64,000 nt of DNA from positions 35,650,001-35,714,000 of the forward strand of contig NC_090352.1 of assembly GCF_035084215.1 (NCBI RefSeq), read 5' to 3'. Below, piece by piece: positions 23,816 through 36,040 of this stretch; within the stretch, counting starts at the first letter, position 1; every line of letters starts with the position of its first letter. Made by a program: the position numbers and the translations under genes. Under the pieces are notes generated by a model that searched no databases, was not told the origin of the DNA, and was given only the letters and a program-made list of their open reading frames with translations. Origin of the DNA: Heptranchias perlo. Its lineage: Eukaryota.

Positions 23816-24321
23816 CCTGACCAGCCCTTTGAACTAACAATTCCTCAAAACACAATTGTTTTATTTATATTTTGAGGATATCGTTAGACCTGAATAGAAC
23901 AATATTGTTTTGAGGAATTGTTAATTCTCCGGAGCCCCTTTCAGCGAGGAGTTTATTGAGCCAAGCCTTTATGTGGCTTACTTGAACAATGACCATGCTT
24001 TTACCCAAAGTTCTAATGAAAATCCACTTCCATTTTCAAAATAAATAATTTTGAACACTTCTATGTGATCTTTTTGCCAGAAAGACACTCTTTTCTTAGC
24101 TTTGAACTTTTCCACAGGTGCTGCTGATTACGATTCAGATTGACTGAGCAGAGCCAGAGGTGAAGCAGATTATTGGTTCAAATCTCCCCAAAAGAATGTA
24201 CAGTGCCCTTTTTTAAAAAAAAATAGGTGTCTAATTATGGCTTCTGCATAATATAGAGCTTGTGGTATCAAACTGAAGAAATGGCTAATTATAACTTGAA
24301 TTTTTGGATTTTTTTTTTTAG

Positions 24322-24384
24322 AATCACTCTAAATAGCCCTGTACTGGATCTTCGGAAACGTCTAAAGAAAGTAGATATAGAAAG
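24322..24384 (+). CDS. PRR11: PRR11 coding exon 7 (ITLNSPVLDLRKRLKKVDIER)
   Basis: Matches human MDLRKLLRKVDVER. Poly-T-AG acceptor, GTAATA donor. Confidence 0.9.
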
Positions 24385-25465
24385 GTAATATTAGCTAATA
24401 AAGGTCATTATTCATATATTTAAATATTAATCTTTTTAACCAGCTATAATGATCCATATCCATTTCAATCTGTTATATCTAACTTATTTAGAAAAGTGAG
24501 GAAGTGATTTCTGTTGCAAATTTGAGCCTCAGCAGAAGTTTGTTGCAATGATCTAGTAATGTAGTGTACTATTCTGGAGCATAATAAGCAGTTGATTCAT
24601 AGCTAGAAAATGTTCTTCACTTTCTCCTCTCCTTGTCTCTGAAGACATTGACTCCAGCTCAGGGTACAGTTCCAGTTGAACTGGTTGTCATCTAGTATCT
24701 GGTCCAAGATACTTTTCTTCAAATGATCCTAGACAGTGCACATTGGCAAGCTACTGGACTACAGGTGGACATCTGACCAGTCTGATTCCGTCTTTCCCCC
24801 AAATTCCACACTTGCACTTTCTAGTAGGGGTGATTGGATAATTATCGAGGGAAACTTGCTTAATTCTCTCTCTTCTCTCTCTCTTTCCTCTCCCCACACC
24901 CACCAAACAAACTGTAGCACTCTACTGCTACTCTTGCTTGAATCAACTTGCTCAGCATTCTAGGAAACAAGCATAGGAGCTTCTGGTGTCTCAGGCTTAC
25001 CTATACACTACCTTTACTACCTGAGCCATTGGGAAGCTTTTCACTTTTTAAAAAATTTCTTGCAGTTATTTTCATCCCTCTTAACAAATTTCCTTTCTAC
25101 TCCCTCCCTCCTCTTTCTCTCTTTTCTCCGCCCCCCCCACCCCCAACCAAAGAGACAGCAAGCTGCCAATCCAATTGATCTTGGCAGGATCGAGGTTTAA
25201 ATTGAAGAAGGTAAATAACCTACATCCACAGCACTTTAGTGGCTGAACCAAGAACAAACATTAAAATGCTGTGACTGTATACTGCTATACACAATTCATC
25301 ATTTACAAAACATTTATTAAAACCGCTGTTCAAAACTTCAGATGTAATTAGAACTTTGCTCTGTAAAACAGCTGATGCCAAAAATACTTTTGTTGAACAA
25401 TGGAAGCTTGTGTTTTGAGAAAGTATTGAATACGATTGCTTACCCTATAAAGTATTTGGTTGCAG

Positions 25466-25559
25466 GAGCCCTGGTGGAACACCTCTCTATAAGGAGAACA
25501 GAGATACCGGGTCAGGACTGACGCCAGTTATGACGCAAGCGCTAAGACGGAAATTTGAG
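25466..25559 (+). CDS. PRR11: PRR11 coding exon 8 ([31 protein letters not shown]; contains a KEN box)
   Basis: Close match to human [32 protein letters not shown]. Confidence 0.95.
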
Positions 25560-26038
25560 GTAATTTAGGTGAAGCAGTTCATTTACTTTGTAAGGTTCCT
25601 CCTCCAACCCCATGGATAAGTCACATTGCAACATTTCTTTTGTCCATTGCCAAATAATCTGTTATTTTCCCCCCAGAATACTAGAAAAGTGTATTTCCTT
25701 TTCCCTTCCAACTTTATCCTGAAAGCATTGAATCCTTGTTGGGGTATAGTTTCATGGTTGCTCTCTGGTTCCTTTTCCACACTTCATGCATAAGGCTAGA
25801 TGATGAGTGTCGATGGGCTATTCTTCTGTCAGGGCATCACAGATGAGCCAAATACTTTCCTCTCCCAACATCTACATCTGCACTCTTAAACTAGGTGTCG
25901 CTGGTTAGTGACCAGCAATGGGAGCCTCTTTTGTCCACCAACCCAGGGCTGGGATCAGCTAACTCAGCAGTCTGGGCTTAAACCTGGGACATGTCTAGTC
26001 TGTGTGGCTCAGCTGTTCAATGTCTTGTCCAGCTCAGC

Positions 26039-27064
26039 CAGAGGTTCCCAAACTGGGAGATATGATGGGGTTACCAAGAGGACATAAGGAGGACACTAGC
26101 TGTAACTCACTAACTGGTAATGCCTGCAATATGTATTTTCTCCATGAGTGGTGCTGTAGCACTGCCTGCATCACACTGATTGATTCCTGACTCTGCTCTC
26201 CAAACTCATGCATTTCCTGCAAAAAGCTGTTTGCCTTCTGATCTGTACCTCTGCAATATAAACTTCCTTTTGGAAATGCTTATGAGCCCTGGGGTTCCCG
26301 CTGCCATAGATAGATAAATAAATAGCAGCAAGTCGGTACCCCCATTCCCCCGCAACTCTGCTTCAAAATCACCTGCCGAGCTTTTTTTTTATATCCCTAC
26401 ATCGAAGTCCTCATGAGCCCTTGGGTTCCCGTGTGTTTACAGGGAGCAGATAAATAGGCAAAAAAAAAAATTTGTCTCTGCCTCAATAAGTACTTTCTTG
26501 CCCAGTCTTCTGCATCTTTCTAGAAAGTTTGTGTTGCTGCTTGCTTGGCATCGTCTTAAATTGAGAAATAAATTAATAATGACATCGGCACTCGGGTCTG
26601 GCTGTTTGTACAAAAAAAAATTAAACTTGTATTTTACCTCCTCCAAGGCAACCGAAGGATTCATTACTCCCTGTTCCAACCCCCCCCCCCCCCCCCCCCA
26701 AACAACCTGACCACAGACCCATCCTAGTTCCGTCTGCAGAGGATTGTTCATCCTGCCCCTGGCTCGCATCCCCATCCAGAAGAGAGGAGAGGCCTGCAAT
26801 TTTCCATTCATTGTTGTTACTTACACTTGCATTGTAGCTGGGTAATTTCTCAGATCTGCTCACGCGTTACTTCCACCATGCTTTTGAGGAAGCAGGAGAT
26901 TATCCGAGGAATTTCCTGGCCAGAGGTTCTAATGATATGATTGGACTTCATATTAAAACCCAAAAGTGTAAGGGAGCAGATTTAAAACTGCTGCGGTATT
27001 CTAAGTTACGAGTTATATCTACACTGACATTGATGCATGCAAAAATAATGTTTGGGAACCTCTG
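26039..27064. mobile_element. Probable non-autonomous hAT/Charlie-like DNA transposon
   Basis: Perfect 15-bp terminal inverted repeats CAGAGGTTCCCAAAC (26039-26053 and 27050-27064). No clear 8-bp target-site duplication remains. Confidence 0.6.
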
Positions 27065-27186
27065 ACCTAAATTAAAAGAAACCAATATTTGTTTGATTTG
27101 TGAAAGGTAAAACTGATGCCTGTGTAAAATAGATGCTTTGGAATCCGTTAGCAGTTTGAGTTAACAATCTTTCTGCTCTGTTTCAG

Positions 27187-27258
27187 ATGGCTCGTCCCAA
27201 AAGTCCTCCTTGCTGCCGCTCTCCGCACACCAGCTTTGATGAGCAAAATACATACTAA
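27187..27258 (+). CDS. PRR11: PRR11 last coding exon (MARPKSPPCCRSPHTSFDEQNTY*)
   Basis: TTTCAG acceptor. Matches the human C-terminus LAHPRSP...SSFDEQN. TAA at 27256-27258. Confidence 0.92.
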   Translation: MARPKSPPCCRSPHTSFDEQNTY

Positions 27259-30200
27259 CTTTCCTCGTGCATTATGTTTTCATTTTAAAATTACAAAGAA
27301 TTTTAATGTTTTATTTTATGTTTTTTGTATATACATATAAAAAAAACGTGTAAATCTCACTTGTACATGATGTGCAGACCAATGGACTCTGGCTGAAAGT
27401 GAGGATGCTGTGCTTTCCATTACATTTGGTAACTATTCATGTTCAGCCAGCATAGCTGTGATATGTGCTGTTGTAGCACTCCTACGGTTAACTGATGCTG
27501 TTAACTTAATTGCATTGTGTGCTCTATCTCCAAGCTTGAGACTGGGAAACAGAACTATGCTGATTTAAACCACAAGGTAAATAGTCAAGTGCTTTAATTG
27601 TTTCTTTTTTGGGAATAGCTCTATTTTGGCATTGAACCTACATATATCTGCACTATAGCCATTAATTGCATGGCTTGTGGCACCATTGACTGTTTACACA
27701 GTTCTGCTTTGACATTTTTAAATTGGGGTTTAAGAATGCAGAAATAGCTCAACTCTTGGCGCCCATTTACTAGCCCTATTGGTTTTCCCTTTTTTTTAGT
27801 TAATTCCCCTACATCTTTTTAAATATTCAATACTTGAGATAATTCCCTTGACCAATGAAAAAAATATAGTTCTGGAAACAACTGTTTTTCATCTGTAGCC
27901 TGTCCCTGAAGTCTGATTTATCCAAATTATTGGGGCTGAAAGAATTCAGTGGATCTTGGTCTTGGATCTCACATCAACCTGAGTGGACTGCAGTAATACA
28001 AATTATAGGTAAACTAATTGACTATAAACTACAAAACCTTTATCGATAGCATTACAGATGCTACAGCATTCTCATTACTTACACTGGGAGATAATAAATT
28101 GATGCTATATTTGTGTTTGCCACCTCTTGATTTGTGGTGGGGATGAAGTCATCTGGATCATGAATTTTCAATAGTTACTAGTTCTAGGTTAATTGCAACA
28201 CATTTAAAGGAAGCATTTTAAATTTACTGTAATATATGATTTGAAATATGTTGCTCGGATTCACTTTTTTACAAAGCTCCCAGATATCCACAGTGCGTGT
28301 TTACAGTAACTAAGCTATTTACATGATGCAGTTAGATGTGTATTTCATAGGTCTGGTTATTCAGATTTACTCCAGTCAACAGAAAGTAAACTCTGTCCTA
28401 CTGCAAAATCTGACCTATCATTGCTGTGGTTTATGACCAGTGAAAATGTGTACCCATATTTCAAAAAGTGCTTTCTTTTCATAACCTTGACTTGGGGACT
28501 GAAATGTTAACTTCCCAGTAACACTTTTTCTAATTCAGGTTCTCTTATTGTATGAAGCAATTCTGAGCTGCTGGATAGAGCTGTGAATGTGCTATTGACT
28601 GTGCTGGAAAAAGTGAACACCATCTAGTGACCAACTGTGTTCAAACATTCTCATGAAATGTGTTCACTTAGTTGTGCTAGTGACCATTGTTCTGTTTGAA
28701 ACTGCCAGAGTTTTTTAGATAGACAGACGGACGGACGCCAAGGTAGTCAGGATAGGGTTAAAATGATACGTGAAATATATATGATGACTTTCTGCCTTTG
28801 GCACAGCTGGGAAGTGAATGAATCAGCTGGGTGGGAGTCAGCCCTTAACCTTTATTGCACAGTAAATGGATACAAGTTGAGACTATGGACGAGCCCTAGT
28901 TCTGTGCACATTTGATCAAGGGGAGGGTGGTTGCCAGTATCCAGTAATCCTAAAAATGTAAGCATTCCCTACATCTCCAAATGAGTACTCCCCTGCAGTA
29001 ATTTTAGTTTCCCTTTTAACAACTGCACTTGCTTTAAAGGCTGAATCAGAAGGGGCTATGAAGGTGTGGGCAATGTAAAGACCACTATTGTTTCCAGTTA
29101 TTGATTGCCCATAAACATTGTTTTATCTTTACAGGAGCACATTTTGACAGTTGCTTGCAGAGCAGAAAAGAGCTCTGTCAAATTATGTGGCAAACTCAAA
29201 AGTATCAGTGTTACCTGTCCCCAGTGATGTGGAAATCGTGTTGCAATCTTGTATATCTGTCTAACAGTACCATGAAAATGGCCCCAATGTTTTTCACTTG
29301 TCTATATTGCTTGCCTAGCTACAGAACAAAAGGGACACTTGGAAATGTTTTCAAATTGAAAACAAGTGATTCACTTTCACCACCAATGTGATTCTGATGT
29401 TTACTCTAATTTTCTGTGTAGTCCTTAACTATGACTACAAAGAGGTGATATGATTGGAGCAGTTCCTGGGTATTTCTTATTCACAGGTCTCAAAATGGAG
29501 GTTATAAAATTGTACAGTTTTCAATTTATTGCAAATATACAACATTTAGCATCAAGCATGTATGTTTTAATGAGGTTTTCACCAAACTAACTTTTGGAAC
29601 TGGTACTGGGCTATAATAACCACAAGGACTCACTTCAGCAGTATCCCACTATTGTGTGTTTCTTGTTCATTTAGTGGGGTTCCTGCTGGATTAGAAGTCT
29701 GAGATGCTTGATCAATTTAACAGTAGTGTTTCTCCATTTTTAACCATGGAAGTACTAGATACATAAGATCCTAACCACACAGAGCTCGGTATATTCAGAA
29801 TAACAGTCACTGTTTATCCAGTGCCATTCCTGTGTGTTGATTTTAAAGACTGTAGAAAAGAGAATTGTCATCAAGCATGAACTGCAAACCGTTTATGCCA
29901 TATTACAATTCCTATTTCTGGCTTATGTATTAGGTGCCACTAAGATTTAGCTTGAGTGAAGGAAATTCAGGAGAGTAGTCTGTTCAAAATACTCTATTTA
30001 CAATGGAGAAACCATTTTTTGAAGTCAATTTTCTGAGTGTGTGGACACTGGCATGTACACTAGACCACACTGATGTCAATGACTGGGAGCAGCCCTGCGC
30101 CTCCTGGAGTGGATTAATTGAAAACAATAGGAGCATATGATTTCTGACCCACCTGGAAGATGCCACGCCATAAGGAGAGGAGCAGGAGAGAAAGTCAGAC

Positions 30201-32424
30201 CAAAATTCTGTACTCTTGTTTGTTTTCACTACATAGTGGAGGACTTTAAACAAAAAGAATTTCCTTGAGCTTGACTAGAATGACTGTTACAAAAATGGTC
30301 TTGCAAAACTCTTTAAAATTTGCACATTTGTCTATTTGGTAGCACATAGAAGTGTGGGCATTATCAATGAAGCTATTGCAAAATTAAGCAATCAAACCAG
30401 TAATGGAGGTTGCACTAGTCCCATAGGTTGTAATGTTGAAAGATTTCACAAACTGTTTTTATCAATTTTTAAAATGTTTTTTGTATTGACTGCTTTTTTT
30501 ATTCCTTTCTATGTAATAATGCATTTTGGTCCTTGGTCATACCCTTCCAGTGGATTAAATTTGCTTTTTATGTTTTTATTTAATAAACAGTCAACACCTG
30601 AATCGTAATTCCCTTCTCTATCAAATACAGAAGTTAAAGTTCCATTTTTTTTTAAATGAGCAATATGGACAGTGGGGAGGCACCAGTTGGCTGCAAGTTT
30701 TTCTGTCTGAACTCTTGACAGAGGGAAGATGACCTGACAACAGGAGCATAAGCACACTGGCCATCCTGCTTTCCTGTAGGTTACCTGATTGAACAAAGGG
30801 ACCTTTCTCCACTGTAATTACAGTATGACTGCCTCGTATTCATTGTTTAATCTGGGTTCTGTTTTCATTGAATTGGGCAAAGCTACATCGTACTTGCAGA
30901 TTCATAATAGTTCTGTGAATTTTAGGTCAAGTAGGGAGGTTGAGTCAGTGAGCTTGCTGTGCATGTTCTGGTAATAGTACCTATAGTTTTAAACTATGCC
31001 TGCTACGAGAGAGGGAATCGTTCCAAACCAGAAGTGAAAGAAACTGTGTTAGAGATTACATTTCCATTTGTACATAGGACTGTGTTGTAGGTTATATGAA
31101 TATACCATATTATGGCTGTTTTCTTTCCCTTCTCCCCCTCACCACACCTACCAGACATTAAGGCCCTGTTGTAATCTGCAGGCCTGCTGTATTGAGCAGT
31201 GTACCCTCTGATGTTACTCTACACATGAGGCTATCAACATTTATTCCTGGGTTTGTCCTTGAATTGCCTCCTAAATTATTTTACATCCCCATATTTCTTA
31301 GCTTTTTAACATTTAGCCTTCAATGAACAATAGTGTAACCCATCACTTCTACTACATTCACATTGCAGATTTTTTTTTCTCTCCTAAACACTTCTTCCCC
31401 TTCCCTCTGGCTCTTCTAAATTGAATCTTTGCTAGGGTCTGGTTCCAATCCCTCATCCAGTGCTAGCCTAGACAACTGGTTATTTAGCTTGTGAAAAGCA
31501 GGGCACATTGCAGCTGAATCTGATCCTGTCCTTGTGCAGCATCCACATATATGCATTTCTATCGCATGTGTATGCAGCTGGCTCCCAATTGGCTGTCGTT
31601 TCTGCCCTTGGCCAGCCACCAATGCTGTGATGCATCAGAGAATCCCATTCAATTTTTCCCACACCCCCTTCTCTCCTGCTATTGTTGTAGACGATATTCT
31701 CAGTATACAGCAACTGAAATAATATGCTAGCAAATCAACAAATACAGACTTCAAGATTATGCTCACACTGTAGACAAGTAGGAATCTGATGACTTCGCAG
31801 ACCCCTCTCCAGTTTTTTTTTAAAAAACCTCTGGTCTAGGCTCGCATATAAAGAACGGCCAAGAGTGAAATAGCAGAGGATGCTCAGTGCCTGCAGAATC
31901 ATACCCAGCAGAAAAAGATGCCACCAGGAGAGGATAAGGGGAGAAAAGCAAAAAAAAAAAATTGCAAACTAACCTCCCATGTTCTTTTTCTCTTCACTGA
32001 ATTAGCCTTCTGGAGAAAATTTGTATGTATTTACAATGGTTTTCTGAAGTAAATAATGGTTGGTACAGAATTATGCAATATGTTAATTAAGTGTTCATTC
32101 TAAAGGAGCTGCTTTTCTAAGTATAAACAGCCTTTGCAAATGAATAATTCATGTTCATAGGGTCTATTATAAATATGGTAATTAGCAAACCTTCCAACCA
32201 TCACTCAGCAACCATGTGACATTTTAGCTGCCCTGTTTTCTCTCTCATTGTAACCTCTTTCCCTCTTTTCCCCCATCCAGTGACTCTCATGCTAGAATTT
32301 TCTCAATTTGAAGCACTAAGGTAGATAGAGTATGGACAGTTTATCTTAAGTTATTTCACTCCTCTTCCATAACCAAAAAAATGCCCAAAACACTGACCCA
32401 AACAGGAATCAGATGGCTTAGGAC

Positions 32425-33660
32425 AGTGGTTGTTTCCAGTGGGGTCCCTCAAGGCTCAGTACTTGGTCCCTTGCTTTTTGTGGATCTGGAATGAATCTGT
32501 AAGGCAATAAGGCACCCCAGAGTGTCATAAAAAAATATATATTAATGATTTGGACTTGAATATGGGGGGGGCTTGATCAAGAAATTTGCAGATGATACAA
32601 AAGTTGGTCATGTGGTTGTTAGTGAGGAGGAAAGCTGTAGACTGCAGGAAGATATCAATGGACTGGTTAGGTGGGCAGAAAAGTGCCAAATGGAATTCAA
32701 TCCAGAGAAGTGTGAGGTAATGCATTTGGAGAGGGCAAACAAGGCAAGGGAGTACACAATAAATGGGAGGATACAGAGAGGCGTAGAGGAAGAGAGGGAC
32801 CTTGGAGTGAATATCTACAGATCCCTGAAGGTAGCAAGATAGGTAGATAAGGTGGTTAAGAAGGCATATGTGATACTTTCCTTTATTAGCCGAGGCATAG
32901 AATTTTTTTTGTATTCGTTCATAGGATGTGGGTGTCACTGGCAAGGCCAGCATTTATTGCCCTTCCCTAATTGCCCTTGAGAAGGATGTGGTGAGCTGCC
33001 TTCTTGAACCGCTGCAGTCCGTGTGGTGAAGGTTCTCCCACTGCTGTTACGTAGGGAGTTCTAGGATTTTGACCCAGGAACGGTGATATATTTCCAAGTC
33101 GGGATGGTGTGTGACTTGGAGGGGAACGTGCAGGTGGTGGTGTTCCCATGTGCCTGCTGTCCTAGTCCCTCTAGGTGGTAGAGGTCGCGGGTTTGGGAGG
33201 CGCTGTCGGAGAAGCCTTGGCGAGTTGCTGCGGTGCGCCGGTGGTGAAGGGAGTGAATGTTTAGGGTGGTGGATGGGATGTCAATCAAGTAGGCTGCTTT
33301 GTCCTGCGTGGCGTCGAGCTTTTTGGGTGTTATTGGAGCTGCACTCATCCAGGCAAGTGGATATAAGAGCAGGGAGATTATGCTAGAACTGTATAAAACA
33401 TTGGTTAGGCCACAGCTTGAGTTCTGGGTACAATTCTGGTCACCACATTTCAGGAAAGATGTGATTGCACTACAGAAGGTACAGAGGAAATTTATGAGGA
33501 TGTTGCCAGGGGCTGGAGAATTTTAGCTATGAGAAAAGATTGGATAGGCTGGGGTTGTTTTCTTTAGAACAAAGGAGGCTGAGGGGAGATTTAATTGAGG
33601 TATATAAAATTATGACTGGACTAGATAGAGTGGATAGGGTGGTAGAGGCAGAAACTCTCA
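32425..33660 (+). mobile_element. CR1-like LINE RT fragment, interrupted by a nested element
   Basis: GVPQGSVLGP, KFADDTK and LYKTLVRPQL motifs. The sequence breaks near 32902 and resumes near 33361. Confidence 0.88.
32903..33360 (-). mobile_element. Non-LTR retrotransposon 3' end (RTE/RTE-X-like), nested in the CR1 copy
   Basis: A-rich tail at 32903 and peptide LDATQDKAAYLI...LNIHSLHHRRT. A second copy lies at 39712-40015. Confidence 0.7.
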
Positions 33661-33711
33661 ACCCTTTGAATTCTATGAAATAAAGTATGTTTTGAAATTT
33701 TTAAAAAAGTG

Positions 33712-34376
33712 GATCTCTCAGGACGAGGATGTAGCCTGGGTGGTGGTGAGAAAGGCCCTCCCAGTGCAGTCCTTCCAACACGCACAGAACCTCAGCCCCA
33801 CGCGAGCTGCCCTCTAGGCTGTGGCGGGGAGGAGACTGTCTTCCACCTCCTGATGGACTGCCCCTTTGCGCAGAGGGTGTGGAGAGAGATACATTGGTAT
33901 CTGTCCCGATTCATCCCAAACAGTGCAGTAACACAGGACGCTGTGCTCTATGGACTGTTCCCCAGGTCGCACACCGAGACAGATGTCACCTGCGGCTAGA
34001 AGACCATCAACTCGGTGAAGGAGGCTCTTTGGTCTGCCCTAAACATGCTGGTCTACCAGCTGAAGGAGCTGTCCATGACCAAATGTTGCCGACTGGTTCA
34101 CTACAAGGTCCAGGAGTACATGCTGTGGGACACACTAAGGCGAGGTGTGACTTACGCATAGGCCCTATGGAGAAAGGCCACCGTGTAAGGCTCCCCCACC
34201 TTGTATCGTACTCCATGAGTCATAAGAAATACTGTGAATTGTAATAATGAGATTGCTTGTGTACGATCTGTAGTGTTCTTGCTTTGAAATGTACAGGTTT
34301 GGAATTGTAATATTTACTTTGAACTGTGTCTACCTTTAAATTCTATGAAATAAAGTATATTTTGAAATTTAAAAAA
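33712..34376 (+). mobile_element. Tx1/L1-clade LINE 3' fragment (C-terminal zinc-finger region)
   Basis: CPLGCGGEETVFHLLMDCPFAQRVW (CCHC motif typical of L1/Tx1 ORF2). Ends in AATAAAGTATATTTTG plus an A-tract. Confidence 0.8.
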
Positions 34377-35039
34377 GTGCACATGAAAATATTTATTTAT
34401 AAAATAAATCCTCTTATTAGTCAAGATTGATAAATTTCCATCATTTTTAAGTGAGAAATTTTGGTTAAGGAGGCACTTATGCAACTTACAATCAATCCTT
34501 TGATATAAACAACTCAAAGTTTTGCTTTTTTGAGGGTATAAAATGTCCCTGTTTTGCTCCAATTTTCTATGCTCTCTGCTATGGCTGAAAAGGCAGTTTG
34601 GTCTCCCAGTCTCTGGCTTCTGTGATTGTTGTTCTGGGCCAGCACTTGTATGTGTGGAAGGCGACAACATTTCCTCCCTAGAGGCCAAGTGCCCTCTGCT
34701 TGCCACATTCACTCATCGATGAGGTGCCGATCAAAAAGAAAGTTACTGATCATCAGGTTGTGGACTGGACAAGTTTTTTTTTTAGCAGGCTGTCTGGACA
34801 TTTCTAAGCTGTATATTAAACTCCAAAAGTCCAGTTTTGAAAATAGAAATCTATTTTTTTTCTACTTGCCTCTGTCAAATTGTGACATTTGACTGAAGTG
34901 TCACCTTAGCATTGTGTCGTCATATGGGAGGCAATGACATCCTATGGTGATGTGACCTATGATTGACCACCGTAGACTTGAAGTTTGCAGGCCTTCTGTT
35001 TTACTTCATTTGTGGTATTGCTATACCTATATACATCAT

Positions 35040-35505
35040 TGGCTAGGTTGTAGTTAAAATATTGTGTCCACTTTTGGGTGCCTTTCTTTAAGAAGGCTGT
35101 TAAGGACCTGGACAGGGTGCAGAAGAGATTTATTAAGATGTTACCAGGGATGAGAGGCTTTAGTTAAGGGGTAGAGGCTAGAGAAACTGGGGCTTTTTTA
35201 AATCAAACATTACATTAAAATGAGATTTGATAGAAGTGCTCAAGATTATGAGGGGTTCTAATAAACTAACTAGGGAAGAACTATTTCCACTGGTTAGTGA
35301 GTTGGTAACTAAGGGGTGTTAATTTAAGATTCAGTGAAAATACAATAGGAAATTTAGGCTATTTGTTTCCATGCAGAGGGTCATTAGGACAGTGACTAGT
35401 CTACCAGAAACAATGCTGGAAGCAAAATCCATAATATTCATAAAAAGCAAGTGGATAAATATTTTAAAATTAAAGAGGTCTGGGGAATGGGACTAAGTGG
35501 ATATT
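35040..35505 (+). mobile_element. Old CR1-like LINE 3' fragment
   Basis: Degenerate AGGGTGCAGAAGAGATTTATTAAGATGTTACCAGG motif. Confidence 0.6.
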
Positions 35506-35904
35506 ATTTTCAATTAATTTTTTTGGGTGGGAGAAGGTATCCTCCTGCAATGTACAGGGAAATCATATCTCCATAAATTTTATTTTTGACAGTTGTCTTT
35601 TAACAGAGCTGTTAACATTGGGGAAATGTTAAGAGTAAGGCTTGTGATCAGCTATAGTGACGTTTTAAACTCGTTATTGTGAGTAATTTTCACGCCCAAT
35701 GATTGACATTGCCAGGTCTGTCTCCTATCATCTTTATATATTTAAAAATGCTTCAGTTGGTAAAAGCATTTTGTAGTTTGGTGCTGAACTGTGTGAGACC
35801 TGGAACCACGATTATTCCAGAAAGAAGAAAACTATGGGAGAGGGATGGGGTGATCCAACTTTTATTCTTCAATTTATGAAATAAATATAAAGATCAATGT
35901 TTTA

Positions 35905-36040
35905 ATTCAAACCATGGCGCTTTTTGTTTCCCGCCGGATGAGATGAACTGCGGGACTCCTTGCGAGGAACGATTGTGGGCGCAGCAGTTCCTCCGCCGGA
36001 CAGGACGGAAGAACGGACGGCGAGCAAGATGGCGGCGGCC
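35905..36040 (+). promoter_or_regulatory. SMG8 proximal promoter/5' UTR with E2F-like and YY1 motifs
   Basis: TTTCCCGC at 35927-35934. CAAGATGGCGGC overlaps the ATG at 36026-36037. Abrupt AT-rich to CpG-rich transition. Confidence 0.55.

Noticed and set aside
24118-24180. Strong-looking acceptor (TTTTCCACAG) as an extra PRR11 exon
   Set aside because: The required phase gives a stop within four codons and there is no homology. A poison exon cannot be excluded but nothing supports one.
35960-36028. N-terminal extension of the SMG8 ORF
   Set aside because: It starts at TTG. The Kozak ATG at 36029 fits the homologues better.
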